This document shows positions 9,085-18,173 of a DNA stretch of 32,000 bases, piece by piece; positions within the stretch are counted from its first letter, which is position 1, and each line of letters starts with the position of its first letter. The notes under the pieces were generated by a model, which worked only from the letters and a program-made list of their open reading frames with translations, was not told the DNA's origin and searched no databases. This DNA is from Candidatus Kuenenia stuttgartensis (lineage in GTDB: Bacteria > Planctomycetota > Brocadiia > Brocadiales > Brocadiaceae). The stretch spans positions 2,910,001 to 2,942,000 of the forward strand of contig NZ_LT934425.1 in assembly GCF_900232105.1 (NCBI RefSeq), written 5' to 3'. A program made the translations under genes and the position numbers.

Positions 9085-9773
9085 CTCTCGATATATTCCT
9101 TTCGATTGATTACGGATAATAGACTTGTCAATCGTGTTTCCTGGGTACGGATTCTCCCAAACATAGGCAAAACAAGAGAGGCTCTTGTTACTGCTTACCT
9201 ACGCAAAAGAGTTTCTTTTCTCATTGAACGTATTCAATCTACCACTTTCATCAATTCCACTACGGTTATGCCCCTTTCATTTCCGATTCACACCGGAAAC
9301 TATTATGAGCAATGCTGACGACTTCAAAGATAGACTTGTGAGAGAAGCTTGTCTATCACCATCTCATACAGCTCGGACTTCGGAATTTCCTTATACCTTG
9401 CTGTTAGGGAATTTTGCCCAAGGCGTAAGTCCTCCCCCGGTCATATGGATTACCCCTTTTCCCTTCGTGATGTATGTTCAAACGCATTAACCAGAGATGG
9501 TTTTACTTAATCTGTTTATCCATCTCCAACAAAGGACATTGTCAGTGCTTCGCTGAGAAATGGCAGTTGGCACGGAATAACACGCCACACTCATACACCC
9601 CAAAAGGTCGTCTGTACCTCGTAACTCCGTCATACCCCTCACGGGTATATGCTATCTTTCTACGCATACGGATTGCTCCATTGTGTGCGCATAGGCACAA
9701 ACTTCTCTACGAGGATTAGGCTCGCAGAGGTGGTATTTTCAACCACTCAGGTATTCCATACTTCAAGGCACAC

Positions 9774-10065
9774 ATATCTCTACAAGCCTGCGACAGGTAT
9801 CTGTATAGCGGCCGGTATTACCTTCCACCAATATAATATGAGGACACAGCCGCTTCGCCTCATATTTAGTCATACCCGTTTTGACGCCGTATTCCCGTGC
9901 TTCATAAGAAGACGTGGTAACGACCGTTCTTTCATTGGAACCGACCACCGCAATGGGTTTTCCCCGCAAGGATGGGTTTATCTGCTGCTCAACGGAGGCA
10001 AAGAAGGCATCCATGTCGATATGCATAATGGTTCTTTGTGAGCCATTGACTTGTGAGGGTTTCAC
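9774..10065 (-). CDS. dinB: DNA polymerase IV, exon 1
   Basis: MHIDMDAFFASVEQQINPSLRGKPIAVVGS...YEAREYGVKTGM is the DinB N-terminus with the catalytic DMD. The start may be the upstream M (10065) or MHIDMD. Confidence 0.85.
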
Positions 10066-10153
10066 CTGAAAATACTCATGGAAACCCTTATGGCAACGCT
10101 TTCGTACCTTATCAGCAATTTCTTTGCATTTTTAAACAAAATATTTAATCGTG

Positions 10154-10182
10154 AAATCCAAAACAAATCCAAAACATCCAAC
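10154..10182. repeat. Tandem 11-mer AAATCCAAAAC x2 plus a partial third copy, upstream of dinB
   Basis: Perfect copies at 10154-10164 and 10165-10175, then ATCCAAC. Confidence 0.9.
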
Positions 10183-10240
10183 AATGCGAAGCACGAAATA
10201 CGAAAAATACGCTCGTTTAGCATTTCAAATTATTTTGTCA

Positions 10241-10450
10241 TTACGCTCTCGCATTTAAGTGCTCCCATACCGTTGTTTCATGTATGCGTAATGCCTGTGC
10301 TATTTGCTTTAGGGTCCAGCCTTCGCTAGTCAATAATACAGCCTTTATCCGATCATATATTCTACTGCCTTTTTAGATTTTGTGCTGTTCTTCTGGCTTT
10401 TGCATCTGATCTTCGGTTAGGGTTGTTTTTATAGGTCGGTGGTTTAACAT
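10241..10450 (-). pseudogene. Transposase N-terminal HTH remnant (IS630-like), in-frame TAA
   Basis: Manual translation: MLNHRPIKTTLTEDQMQKPEEQHKI*KGSRIYDRIKAVLLTSEGWTLKQIAQALRIHETTVWEHLNARA*. No DDE domain follows. Confidence 0.5.
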
Positions 10451-10534
10451 AATAAAGGAGATATCAACTTTGAATTTTCAATCCGTTTGAGTATATACGT
10501 TTAAAAAACTCTTTTAACAGTATTTTGTTAAAAA

Positions 10535-10990
10535 TTAAGCAGCGATTTTTTTCTTAAATCGAGCGGATTTAATTTTAAAATATTCTTGTGAGAGTTTTTC
10601 GTTCTTTGATAAAGCGTTTGTTGATGAGAATTCAAGCAGGGAATTGATTGCTTTTTTGAATTCATTAAAGGTAGAAGGTTTTGTTTCCATGATTTTATCC
10701 AAATAAGCATTTTGTTTTATCCAATAAACGAACGTCCATGAGATCAGACAAATATTCCAATACCGCTCAATCTTGTTAATGTGCCTTACCTGAGAATGAT
10801 CAAAATAAAAAGTATCCTTCAATTCCTTGAAACAGTGTTCAATGCTCCAACGCAACAGATAGTTTGTGATAACCGTTTTCATAGAGGCATCGAGTTGGTT
10901 GGTGATAAGGATATGATGTTTTTTGTCATCTTCCCTGTTCCATTTTCCCAAAATTATCATAAACTTCAAATGGACATTCATTGCAACCAT
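10535..10990 (-). pseudogene. IS701/IS4-type DDE transposase, C-terminal fragment
   Basis: YLLRWSIEHCFKELKD matches the Y-2-R-3-E-6-K signature of IS4-type DDE transposases. Confidence 0.7.
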
Positions 10991-11447
10991 TCAGTTCGGC
11001 GTCAAACGTGTAGGTTTTATCGGAAACTTCGCTTCCATCCGAGAATTTTAAAGTAACATGCCTGATTTTGTCGGCATAATGTTTTTTGATGAGGGTCACG
11101 AGCTCATCGGGTTTGACACGACAATGTTTTTGTTTTTCCGGATGGTACATGAAGATATTTCTGTCTCGAAAGTAAGACTACAAAAAATAGCTTAAGTACA
11201 TATACTACAACACGATCTGGTTATAAAACCATTTTCATTGTTTCTGGGTGTTGCTAATGCAACATGATGATTGTTTGCTTTTATTTCTGAAAAAAAGTAT
11301 TTCTTTTTTGCGTGAATATGTTCGAGATACCGTTGAGATGCATACCATGAATCGAAGGCAATGGCTGAAAAATCAAAGACGTTCGAAGCAGTATCAAATA
11401 TCCATTGCTATTTGTATTTTGTCTTTAAATTTGGGGTCATTTTTTCC

Positions 11448-11777
11448 TTACCCGAACTCGTCGGCAGGAAGGTAGGGGATAACATCCAGAGGAAAATGTT
11501 TTATTTTTGAGACAAATGCGGCGCCAACAACAACATTGCGGTTTTCCGGCCTTTTAAGCGAACCGCAATATTGCCATTTGGCGGCTTCTGTGTTTTTAGC
11601 ATAGGGCTTTGGACACCCAGTATCATCTATGGTAAGGATGCTGTCTTTTGTCAATGCCTTGGTTCTTTGTTTTTAGATAATGTCCATTCTTTTCTGCTTT
11701 AATGCGGGTAAATCCCATTTGGATTCAGAAAAGAAGTATTGAAATTTCTGGTAATCCGTATGAACGTCTTGTGCCAT
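11448..11777 (-). pseudogene. IS701-family transposase, N-terminal fragment with in-frame TAA
   Basis: MAQDVHTDYQKFQYFFSESKWDLPALKQKRMDII*KQRTKALTKDSILTIDDTGCPKPYAKNTEAAKWQYCGSLKRPENRNVVVGAAF. Matches the first catalytic D region (IDDTG..K.G......QYCG). Confidence 0.7.
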
Positions 11778-11888
11778 GGCCCTCCAGTGAATTTATTTTA
11801 TAGTCTTTAAACATTACTTAGGCGACAAGGAGAAACATTGCAAATTGTTTTTTAGTAAAACACGATGCAAAATGTTCAAGAAATTTAT

Positions 11889-12179
11889 TTAATAACGATG
11901 CTTTGATAAACTCAGCAACCATATGTTTGTTATGAAAATACTCAAATCCTTTCCCTTATCATTACGAACAAGCACACTCTTTAAAACATACTCACTTTTT
12001 ACTACTTTAAGATGTTGGTCGACATCTGCATAGTCCTTGTCTCTTCTTGTACTCTTTGCACATTTAGCCATCAACGGATTGTTTGCAACCACATGGGTAT
12101 TCTTCATCCTTTCGCTAATCCAGGTTGTGACCAGTTCTGACTGCTTATGCCCAATGTCGTCGAGGTTTCTAATTAACAC
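11889..12179 (-). CDS. Hypothetical; possibly a fragment of an extracytoplasmic sensor (Cache-like) domain
   Basis: Only weak pattern resemblance. Bounded by IS debris and has no clear SD. Confidence 0.2.
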   Translation of the reverse strand: MLIRNLDDIGHKQSELVTTWISERMKNTHVVANNPLMAKCAKSTRRDKDYADVDQHLKVVKSEYVLKSVLVRNDKGKDLSIFITNIWLLSLSKHRY

Positions 12180-12372
12180 ATGCCTGAATATCCGACTACA
12201 TCCCTGGATAGGTCACAATCCTTTGCAGAACAAACGGTAATTACGGAAATACAATGAGTAAGAAAATGAGCCGATTTTTAATCGAGAGATACATTTTCTC
12301 TCCGTAATTTAACGAAATTGGACATCCATGTTCATGAAATATCAGACATCTCCTATGCTTATCATACATCCT

Positions 12373-12909
12373 TCACCACCAATGTGCCGGATAATCTCTC
12401 TTCATCGCCTTATTAAAGATAACCGCTATCACCACCATGGTAAACACTCCCAGAACGGTGGGATTCAGGATAAAAAGATACCCGACACCCAACCCCCCCG
12501 ATTGAATAGCTACATATGCCGTTGCGCCTGCCGGGGGGTGTACCGAGTACGTCACAAACATAAGAACAACAGCAAGGGCAACGCCAAGCGCAAGCGACCA
12601 CCACGTCACGCCAAATAAATCATAGATAATCACCCCGATACTTGCGCCAAGAAAATGCCCCATCAGAACATTCCTTGGCTGTGCCAGGGGCGACTTATAC
12701 GCACAATAAAGCAATGGTGCGGTAGATCCTAAAGACCCTAATAACATCGGACAATTCCATGTAAAGGCCAGTATCGCCGTTACCCCTATCCCAAGAATCG
12801 TTCCCCAGAGAGAAAGCCACGTCTCTCTTGTGGTGAGCACGGGTTGCGGCGCTCTGGGTAACTTTTTTACATACACACAAAATTTATTTATTCCATTCAT
12901 TACCAGCAT
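12373..12909 (-). CDS. HPP-family integral membrane protein (putative nitrite/anion transporter family)
   Basis: Diagnostic motifs SPLAQPRNVLMGH and HPPAGATA. Four to five hydrophobic helices. Confidence 0.85.
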   Translation of the reverse strand: MLVMNGINKFCVYVKKLPRAPQPVLTTRETWLSLWGTILGIGVTAILAFTWNCPMLLGSLGSTAPLLYCAYKSPLAQPRNVLMGHFLGASIGVIIYDLFGVTWWSLALGVALAVVLMFVTYSVHPPAGATAYVAIQSGGLGVGYLFILNPTVLGVFTMVVIAVIFNKAMKRDYPAHWW

Positions 12910-13472
12910 TTTTTTATCCCCTCCTCTGTATAAGCCCTTTTAAAACCTCTTATTAAACAAGCAGAAAAACTCTCTTTATCTGCTACAAAATCGTTTTTTA
13001 CCTCAAGTGCAACATCGATAACTTTTTTAACCTCTGTGTTTTTTCTTTTCTTGAACATCTGATAAAACTCTTCACTTCTTCCTCATCTCCAGTCGCAAGA
13101 TTCACAAAAAACAATCTATGAAGTACAGAAGAGGAATTATCACCCACATCGGTTTTTCACTATCTTTGTCTTGAGGCGATTTACAAAGACAAACCAGCTT
13201 TTTGCTTTGTAACCTTATTAAATCAAGCAAGGTATAAATTTTACTTTCTGGTTCGTTGTAATAACGAAAGATATACCAATGTCGTAATGAGGAGGAAAAA
13301 TACCATTTATATTTCACATAAGTGGTATTTAATCAACGTTTTATTAAAACGATTATATTTTCATCTTCTTAATAATCTGCGTCTTATCGGTTCACGAAAA
13401 CATTCCATTATGCAATAGTGGTTTCAGTATGAAATTAATTATTTGCCGATAGTGTCCGAGATTTAGTGTTGT

Positions 13473-13950
13473 TATTTGATTCTGTATTTTAAAATCTTCC
13501 TACACAGTGTCGTTGTGGATATTCCAGGCACCTGCGAAACCTTTGTTTGAATTACCACCGTATTTGTTCATGGCCTCAATAATGGCATTTTTTTCCTGTT
13601 CAGCAAGGGTAGTAACAATAAATGTTTTCCTTCTCTCATCATCTTACGGATTTCTGGAAAGTGCGACAAATTCTTCCACGGTAACTGGAAGCGGAAGTTC
13701 ATCAATATTCATTATCTCGCTTTTAGACAATGCAACTGCTATTTCTATCATATTCTGCAGTTCCCTGATGTTGCCTGGCCAGTCGTAATTCATAAATGCG
13801 TACATCGCCTCTTCGGAGAACACTCTTTTAACCTTTTTAAATTTTTCTAAAATTTTCTCTAAAAAATACTCCACTAAAAACGGAATATCTTCCCTTTGCT
13901 CCCTCAAAGGAAGAATATGAACACGTATTACATTAGATCCGAGAAAACAG
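13473..13950 (-). pseudogene. Sigma-54-dependent transcriptional activator, C-terminal remnant
   Basis: NVIRVHILPLREQREDIPFL...YDWPGNIRELQNMIE (AAA+ lid). In-frame TAA at 13644-13646. The Fis-type HTH (GISTTTLCRKILKYRIK*) is only readable after a frameshift. The receiver and Walker regions are missing, cut off at the IS fragment. Confidence 0.75.
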
Positions 13951-13965
13951 ATCTTTTCTAAATAT

Positions 13966-14200
13966 TATTTTGTTAAAAATTAAGCGGCGTTTTTTTTATT
14001 AAAGCGAGCGGATTTAATTTTAAAATATTCTTGTGAGAGTTCTTCGTTCTTTGATAAAGCGTTTGTTGATGAGAATTCAAGCGGGGAATTGATTGTTTTT
14101 GAATTCATTAAAGGTAGAAGGTTTTGTTTCCATGATTTTATCCAGATAAGCGTTTTTACAGAGGTATCGAGTTGATTGGTGATAAGGACATGATATTTTT
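13966..14200 (-). repeat. Second, internally deleted copy of the IS701-type element end
   Basis: 13966-14155 aligns by eye with 10521-10710 (few mismatches). 14160-14200 aligns with 10873-10920, implying loss of about 160 bp. Confidence 0.8.
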
Positions 14201-14404
14201 ATGACAGATGCAGATATAATGCCGGATGAAAAGAATGGCGTCTTAAGGATAACGATTCATAACATGACAAACCCAGGGAACAACAGATATGTTCAGCAAT
14301 TATGCGATGTACTTAATAGTTCCGAAACATTATTCCCAGGCACAAATCCGCGCCTTGTATATAATCTGGTATCAAATCAAATTCCACCAGATCGGGGGTT
14401 CTGA
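14201..14404 (+). CDS. Hypothetical small ORF; possibly a transposase C-terminal remnant
   Basis: Starts exactly where the similarity to the IS copy stops. The LC..LN...T.FPGT...L.Y pattern is vaguely transposase-like, recalled from memory only. Confidence 0.2.
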   Translation: MTDADIMPDEKNGVLRITIHNMTNPGNNRYVQQLCDVLNSSETLFPGTNPRLVYNLVSNQIPPDRGF

Positions 14405-14490
14405 GATTATGCTGAATAGTTACCTAAAATCATCATAATCACCGTCTTTTTGTTATATGATTCCTGCCTTCAGACTAATTAAAAAATGAC

Positions 14491-14519
14491 TTGAACATAA
14501 AAATGCTTTGTGGTAGAAT
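14491..14519 (+). promoter_or_regulatory. Sigma-70-type promoter candidate (extended -10)
   Basis: TTGAAC (14491-14496), a 17-nt spacer, then TAGAAT (14514-14519) preceded by TGg. Lies about 235 nt upstream of the cytochrome gene. Confidence 0.35.
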
Positions 14520-14754
14520 CCCTTAGATTTTTGTGTATTTTAAGGTGGTTCACTTGTAGTGAAAACACCATCCTTTTTAACAAGCACCGCAAATTCCACA
14601 TTGTCATCTATCGTCTTAGCGGTTATCGTTATGGGTTATAGGTCTTTTTTACACGCTGCAAATCCCACGCAATAATTAATATTATTGTAATTTAGATGTT
14701 AATTGTTTTATATAAAAGCAGCAGATTTCATTAAACAAAATTTAGGAGGTATCT

Positions 14755-15969
14755 ATGGCGCGGTTGAAGCAGTTGATAGAGTTTATTAAGCGAAGAAAAA
14801 AGCTGGTAGGCTTCTTCTCCATAATTGTTCTCGTTGTTTTTTTCGTCACGTTAAATAAAGTATACCACTATTCGGAGACAAACGAGTTTTGTGCAAGCTG
14901 CCATGAAATGGATATCCATTACGAATCTTTTATGGCGTCGAAACATAATAATGAACATGTTGAACATTGTCACGCATGTCATGTGGGGCCTGGGCTGAAA
15001 GGTTACGCACACGCAAAGTTAAGCGATGGAACGCATGACTCCTTAATGCATTCATTTCAAGCCTTTTCCGACGGTTCACTCATTGAGGTTGCCGAAGACA
15101 GCATAGAGATAATAAATGGTAATTGCGAACGTTGCCACGCGGAAGGTTTTACAAAAGACAAGACGCATATCGAGTTTGTTGCAAAGAGTAGCAAGCACAG
15201 TAAGGATGGAAGGGAACTAGAAAAATTAATGTGTACCGATTGTCATTTAGGCGTTGCGCATCCGCACATGCCAGGAGACCTTTACGAGCTTTATGCCGAA
15301 AAAAAGGTGAAGCCCTATGGCAAATATAAAGAAACGGATTGTTTTGCATGCCATAAGATAGCTACTCCCGATGTCATAAAGCAATGGACGGGAAGCCCTC
15401 ATGCTGCAAAAGGGGTAACCTGTATTAGCTGTCACGGCGATGACCATGGATATATCACAAAGCGACACGGTCGTGTGTCAGCGAGCGCTTGTGGAGAATG
15501 TCACATGGCTCAATTTACAGAGTTCCAGGAAAGTTCTCACCTCCAGGGACGTACGGTGGCATTTGGTGGTACGTATGATGTGATTACTACAAGGCAGCTT
15601 AGTATGGAAGGTTGCAAAGAGTGTCATAAGCTGGGTTTAACATATGAAGACGACAGGGTTGGTGGAAGTTGCAATGCATGTCACGGAAGCCATAAATTTT
15701 CTACCGTCGAAGCGATGGCTTATGACGCGTGTGAAAAATGCCATATTGGCGGACCGGAACATTCCCAGTTAAATTCAAGCGAAAATTCCGTTTTTGGAAG
15801 GGTGCAAAAGATGCGTAGTCAGGGATTAATCTCTGACGATCTGGTGAAATGCCAAGCATGTCACGGACCTAATAAATCCCATAATTTCAATAAAATATCA
15901 ATCCCTCAGGAAATCGATGTGCTACTTTTCGGGGGGCACGGGTTAGTAAAAGTACCGGAAAATCATTAA
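14755..15969 (+). CDS. Membrane-anchored undecaheme cytochrome c (NapC/NirT-type tetraheme module fused to a 7-heme domain)
   Basis: AGGAGG SD and an N-terminal TM helix. 11 CXXCH: CASCH, CHACH, CERCH, CTDCH, CFACH, CISCH, CGECH, CKECH, CNACH, CEKCH, CQACH. FCASCHEM and MCTDCHLGVAH are NapC/NirT hallmarks. Confidence 0.9.
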   Translation: MARLKQLIEFIKRRKKLVGFFSIIVLVVFFVTLNKVYHYSETNEFCASCHEMDIHYESFMASKHNNEHVEHCHACHVGPGLKGYAHAKLSDGTHDSLMHSFQAFSDGSLIEVAEDSIEIINGNCERCHAEGFTKDKTHIEFVAKSSKHSKDGRELEKLMCTDCHLGVAHPHMPGDLYELYAEKKVKPYGKYKETDCFACHKIATPDVIKQWTGSPHAAKGVTCISCHGDDHGYITKRHGRVSASACGECHMAQFTEFQESSHLQGRTVAFGGTYDVITTRQLSMEGCKECHKLGLTYEDDRVGGSCNACHGSHKFSTVEAMAYDACEKCHIGGPEHSQLNSSENSVFGRVQKMRSQGLISDDLVKCQACHGPNKSHNFNKISIPQEIDVLLFGGHGLVKVPENH

Positions 15970-16006
15970 TAGGTTTACATGTTAAATCTTATTCAAAGTA
16001 GTCACG

Positions 16007-16039
16007 AAAAATCCCACCCTTATAAAGGTGGGATTTTTT
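16007..16039 (+). terminator. Rho-independent terminator
   Basis: AAAAATCCCACC / GGTGGGATTTTT stem (core 16011-16018 pairs with 16027-16034) followed by a T-run. Confidence 0.8.
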
Positions 16040-16121
16040 ATTATATCGGCATGCTTTTATATATAAGATACAAAATGCAAGTGTTTTACACGCTTTTTTA
16101 GATGTATGGGAGGACAGAATT

Positions 16122-18047
16122 ATGGGGAAAAATATAGTTCAGAAGATTTTAAGTTCACATCTTGTTTCCGGCAGACTAAAAGCAAAAACCGAGATTGCGA
16201 TTGTTGTTGATCAAACCCTTACTCAAGATGCAACAGGCACGATGGCATATTTACAATTTGAGGCAATGGGGTTGCCGGGGGTAAAAACGAAGTTATCGGT
16301 GAGTTACGTTGATCATAATATGCTTCAGGCCGGATTTGAAAACTTTGATGATCATTTATTTTTGCAAAGCTTTGCAAGCAAATATGGCATATACTACTCT
16401 AAACCTGGAAATGGTATTTGCCACCAGGTACACCTCGAACGTTTCGCTGTGCCTGGTGGAACATTGTTAGGTTCCGATAGTCATACACCAACATGCGGTG
16501 GGTTGGGGATGCTTTCTATTGGGGCGGGCGGACTTGACGTTGCAATTGCAATGGCCGGAGGGTCATTTTATTTCTCAATGCCGGAAATTGTATTGGTAAA
16601 ACTCTCCGGGGCCTTGTCCCCCTGGGTTACAGCAAAAGATGTAATCCTTGAATTATTAAGAAGACTTACGGTAAAAGGCGGCGTCGGGAAAATCTTTGAA
16701 TATGGAGGAGAGGGAGTCAAAACGCTTACGGTAACAGAACGTGCAACTATTACCAATATGGGCGCGGAGCTTGGCGCCCTTACCTCAATTTTCCCTAGTG
16801 ACGCTCAGACAAAAAAATATTTAAAAATGCAGGGGCGCGAAGATGTTTGGCAGCCTTTAAAGGCGAGCGCAAACGCACAGTATGATGAAACGGTGGAAAT
16901 TGATCTTTCATCCCTGGAACCAATGGTAGCGAGGCCGCACAGTCCGGATAACGTCTGCAAGGTGAGAGAGATCCAGGGGACTATGGTACATCAGGTTTGC
17001 ATAGGCAGTTGTACTAATTCATCTTATCACGATTTAATGGTAGCGGCGGCAATGTTAAAAGGGAAAAAAGTTCATCCGGACGTCAGCCTAACCATCTCCC
17101 CCGGATCACGGCAGGTACTGGAAATGATATCGAAAAACGGGGCATTAACAGATATAATTGCCGCCGGAGCAAGGATATTGGATGTTGCTTGCGGACCATG
17201 TATCGGAATGGGGCAAGCACCGCCTTCCGGAGGCGTCACTGTCCGGACATTTAACAGAAATTTTGAGGGACGAAGCGGAACCCTTGACGCAAAAGTCTAT
17301 CTGGTAAGTCCGGAAACCGCGGTCATTACTGCAATAAGAGGTGTGATTAGCGATCCAAGAGATTACGACATGCCCATTATTATTAAAGATCCGAAAACAT
17401 TTTTAATAGACGACAGCATGATAATCCCTCCTTCTGAAAATCCTGCACAAGTAACCATAATCAGAGGCCCTAATATTAAACCTTTGCCTAAAAAAGAACC
17501 CATGCCGGATACGTTGCATGGTGAAGTCCTTTTGAAACTAGGGGATAATATCACCACCGACCACATTATGCCGGCAGGCGCCAAGGTCTTGCCCCTGAGA
17601 TCAAATATTCCCGCTATTTCTGAATTTGTGTTTGAAAAAATTGACAAAGAGTTTGCGAAACGGGCAAAAGAAAAAGGTGGCGGTTTTTTGGTCGGCGGCA
17701 TAAATTACGGACAAGGTTCCAGCAGGGAACATGCAGCGCTTGCCCCGATGTATTTGGGTGTGAAAGCTGTTATTGCAAAATCTTTTGCGCGCATTCACCG
17801 GTCAAATCTCGTTAATTTTGGCATATTGCCATTAACCTTTACCGAAGAAAATGATTACCTCGTGCTGGACCAGGGAGATAGTTTAGAATTAGTGGATATT
17901 AAGAAGCAATTAAAACCTGGCGGTATCCTTGTTGTTCATAACCGGACAAAAAATAAAGAAATCAAGGTAACGCACCTGTTATCATCCCGCGAAATTGATA
18001 TCCTTTTCGCAGGAGGCCTGTTAAATTACCAGGCACAAAAAAATTAA
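16122..18047 (+). CDS. acn: Aconitate hydratase (short, about 640-aa type)
   Basis: Aconitase family motifs: DHN, GSDSHT, CIGSCTNSS, CGPCIGMG, NRNFEGR. C-terminal swivel domain with GSSREHA. Confidence 0.9.
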   Translation: MGKNIVQKILSSHLVSGRLKAKTEIAIVVDQTLTQDATGTMAYLQFEAMGLPGVKTKLSVSYVDHNMLQAGFENFDDHLFLQSFASKYGIYYSKPGNGICHQVHLERFAVPGGTLLGSDSHTPTCGGLGMLSIGAGGLDVAIAMAGGSFYFSMPEIVLVKLSGALSPWVTAKDVILELLRRLTVKGGVGKIFEYGGEGVKTLTVTERATITNMGAELGALTSIFPSDAQTKKYLKMQGREDVWQPLKASANAQYDETVEIDLSSLEPMVARPHSPDNVCKVREIQGTMVHQVCIGSCTNSSYHDLMVAAAMLKGKKVHPDVSLTISPGSRQVLEMISKNGALTDIIAAGARILDVACGPCIGMGQAPPSGGVTVRTFNRNFEGRSGTLDAKVYLVSPETAVITAIRGVISDPRDYDMPIIIKDPKTFLIDDSMIIPPSENPAQVTIIRGPNIKPLPKKEPMPDTLHGEVLLKLGDNITTDHIMPAGAKVLPLRSNIPAISEFVFEKIDKEFAKRAKEKGGGFLVGGINYGQGSSREHAALAPMYLGVKAVIAKSFARIHRSNLVNFGILPLTFTEENDYLVLDQGDSLELVDIKKQLKPGGILVVHNRTKNKEIKVTHLLSSREIDILFAGGLLNYQAQKN

Positions 18048-18173
18048 CCTAATATAAAAGTGCATTGAATTCAATAACTTATTGCCTTGTTAAAATATTA
18101 ATTCATCTCCATTTTGCGAGGATATTTGTGCTGAATATCTCATCTTTTCATTCAAATACATTGTAAATACACT

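Larger units (their letters stand above)
7746..9773 (-). mobile_element. Group II intron (about 2.03 kb) in dinB, same orientation as the host gene
   Basis: The 5' end reads GTGTG (9773-9769, minus strand) immediately after the dinB codons ...RRLVEI. An internal RT/maturase ORF is present. A D6-like hairpin (about 7749-7783) has one bulged A (7752), 7 nt before the inferred 3' junction. Boundaries are inferred from DinB protein continuity, +/-3 nt. Confidence 0.85.
10521..11790 (-). mobile_element. Degenerate IS701/IS4-type insertion sequence
   Basis: Transposase is broken into at least 3 frames (11448-11777, 10926-11150, 10535-10990). The N-terminus is missing. The end sequence recurs at 13966-14200. 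Confidence 0.7.

Noticed and set aside
9070-10041. Several plus-strand ORFs (81-130 aa) between the RT start and dinB exon 1.
   Set aside because: The region corresponds to the group II intron ribozyme domains I-III (minus strand) and to the antisense of dinB exon 1. No coding signature is present.
12900-13058. 52-codon minus-strand ORF (MFKKRKNTEVKKVIDVALEVKNDF...) whose stop overlaps the HPP start (ATGCTGGTAA).
   Set aside because: The overlap geometry is suggestive of coupling, but I recognise no family and no clear SD. It cannot be supported from sequence alone.
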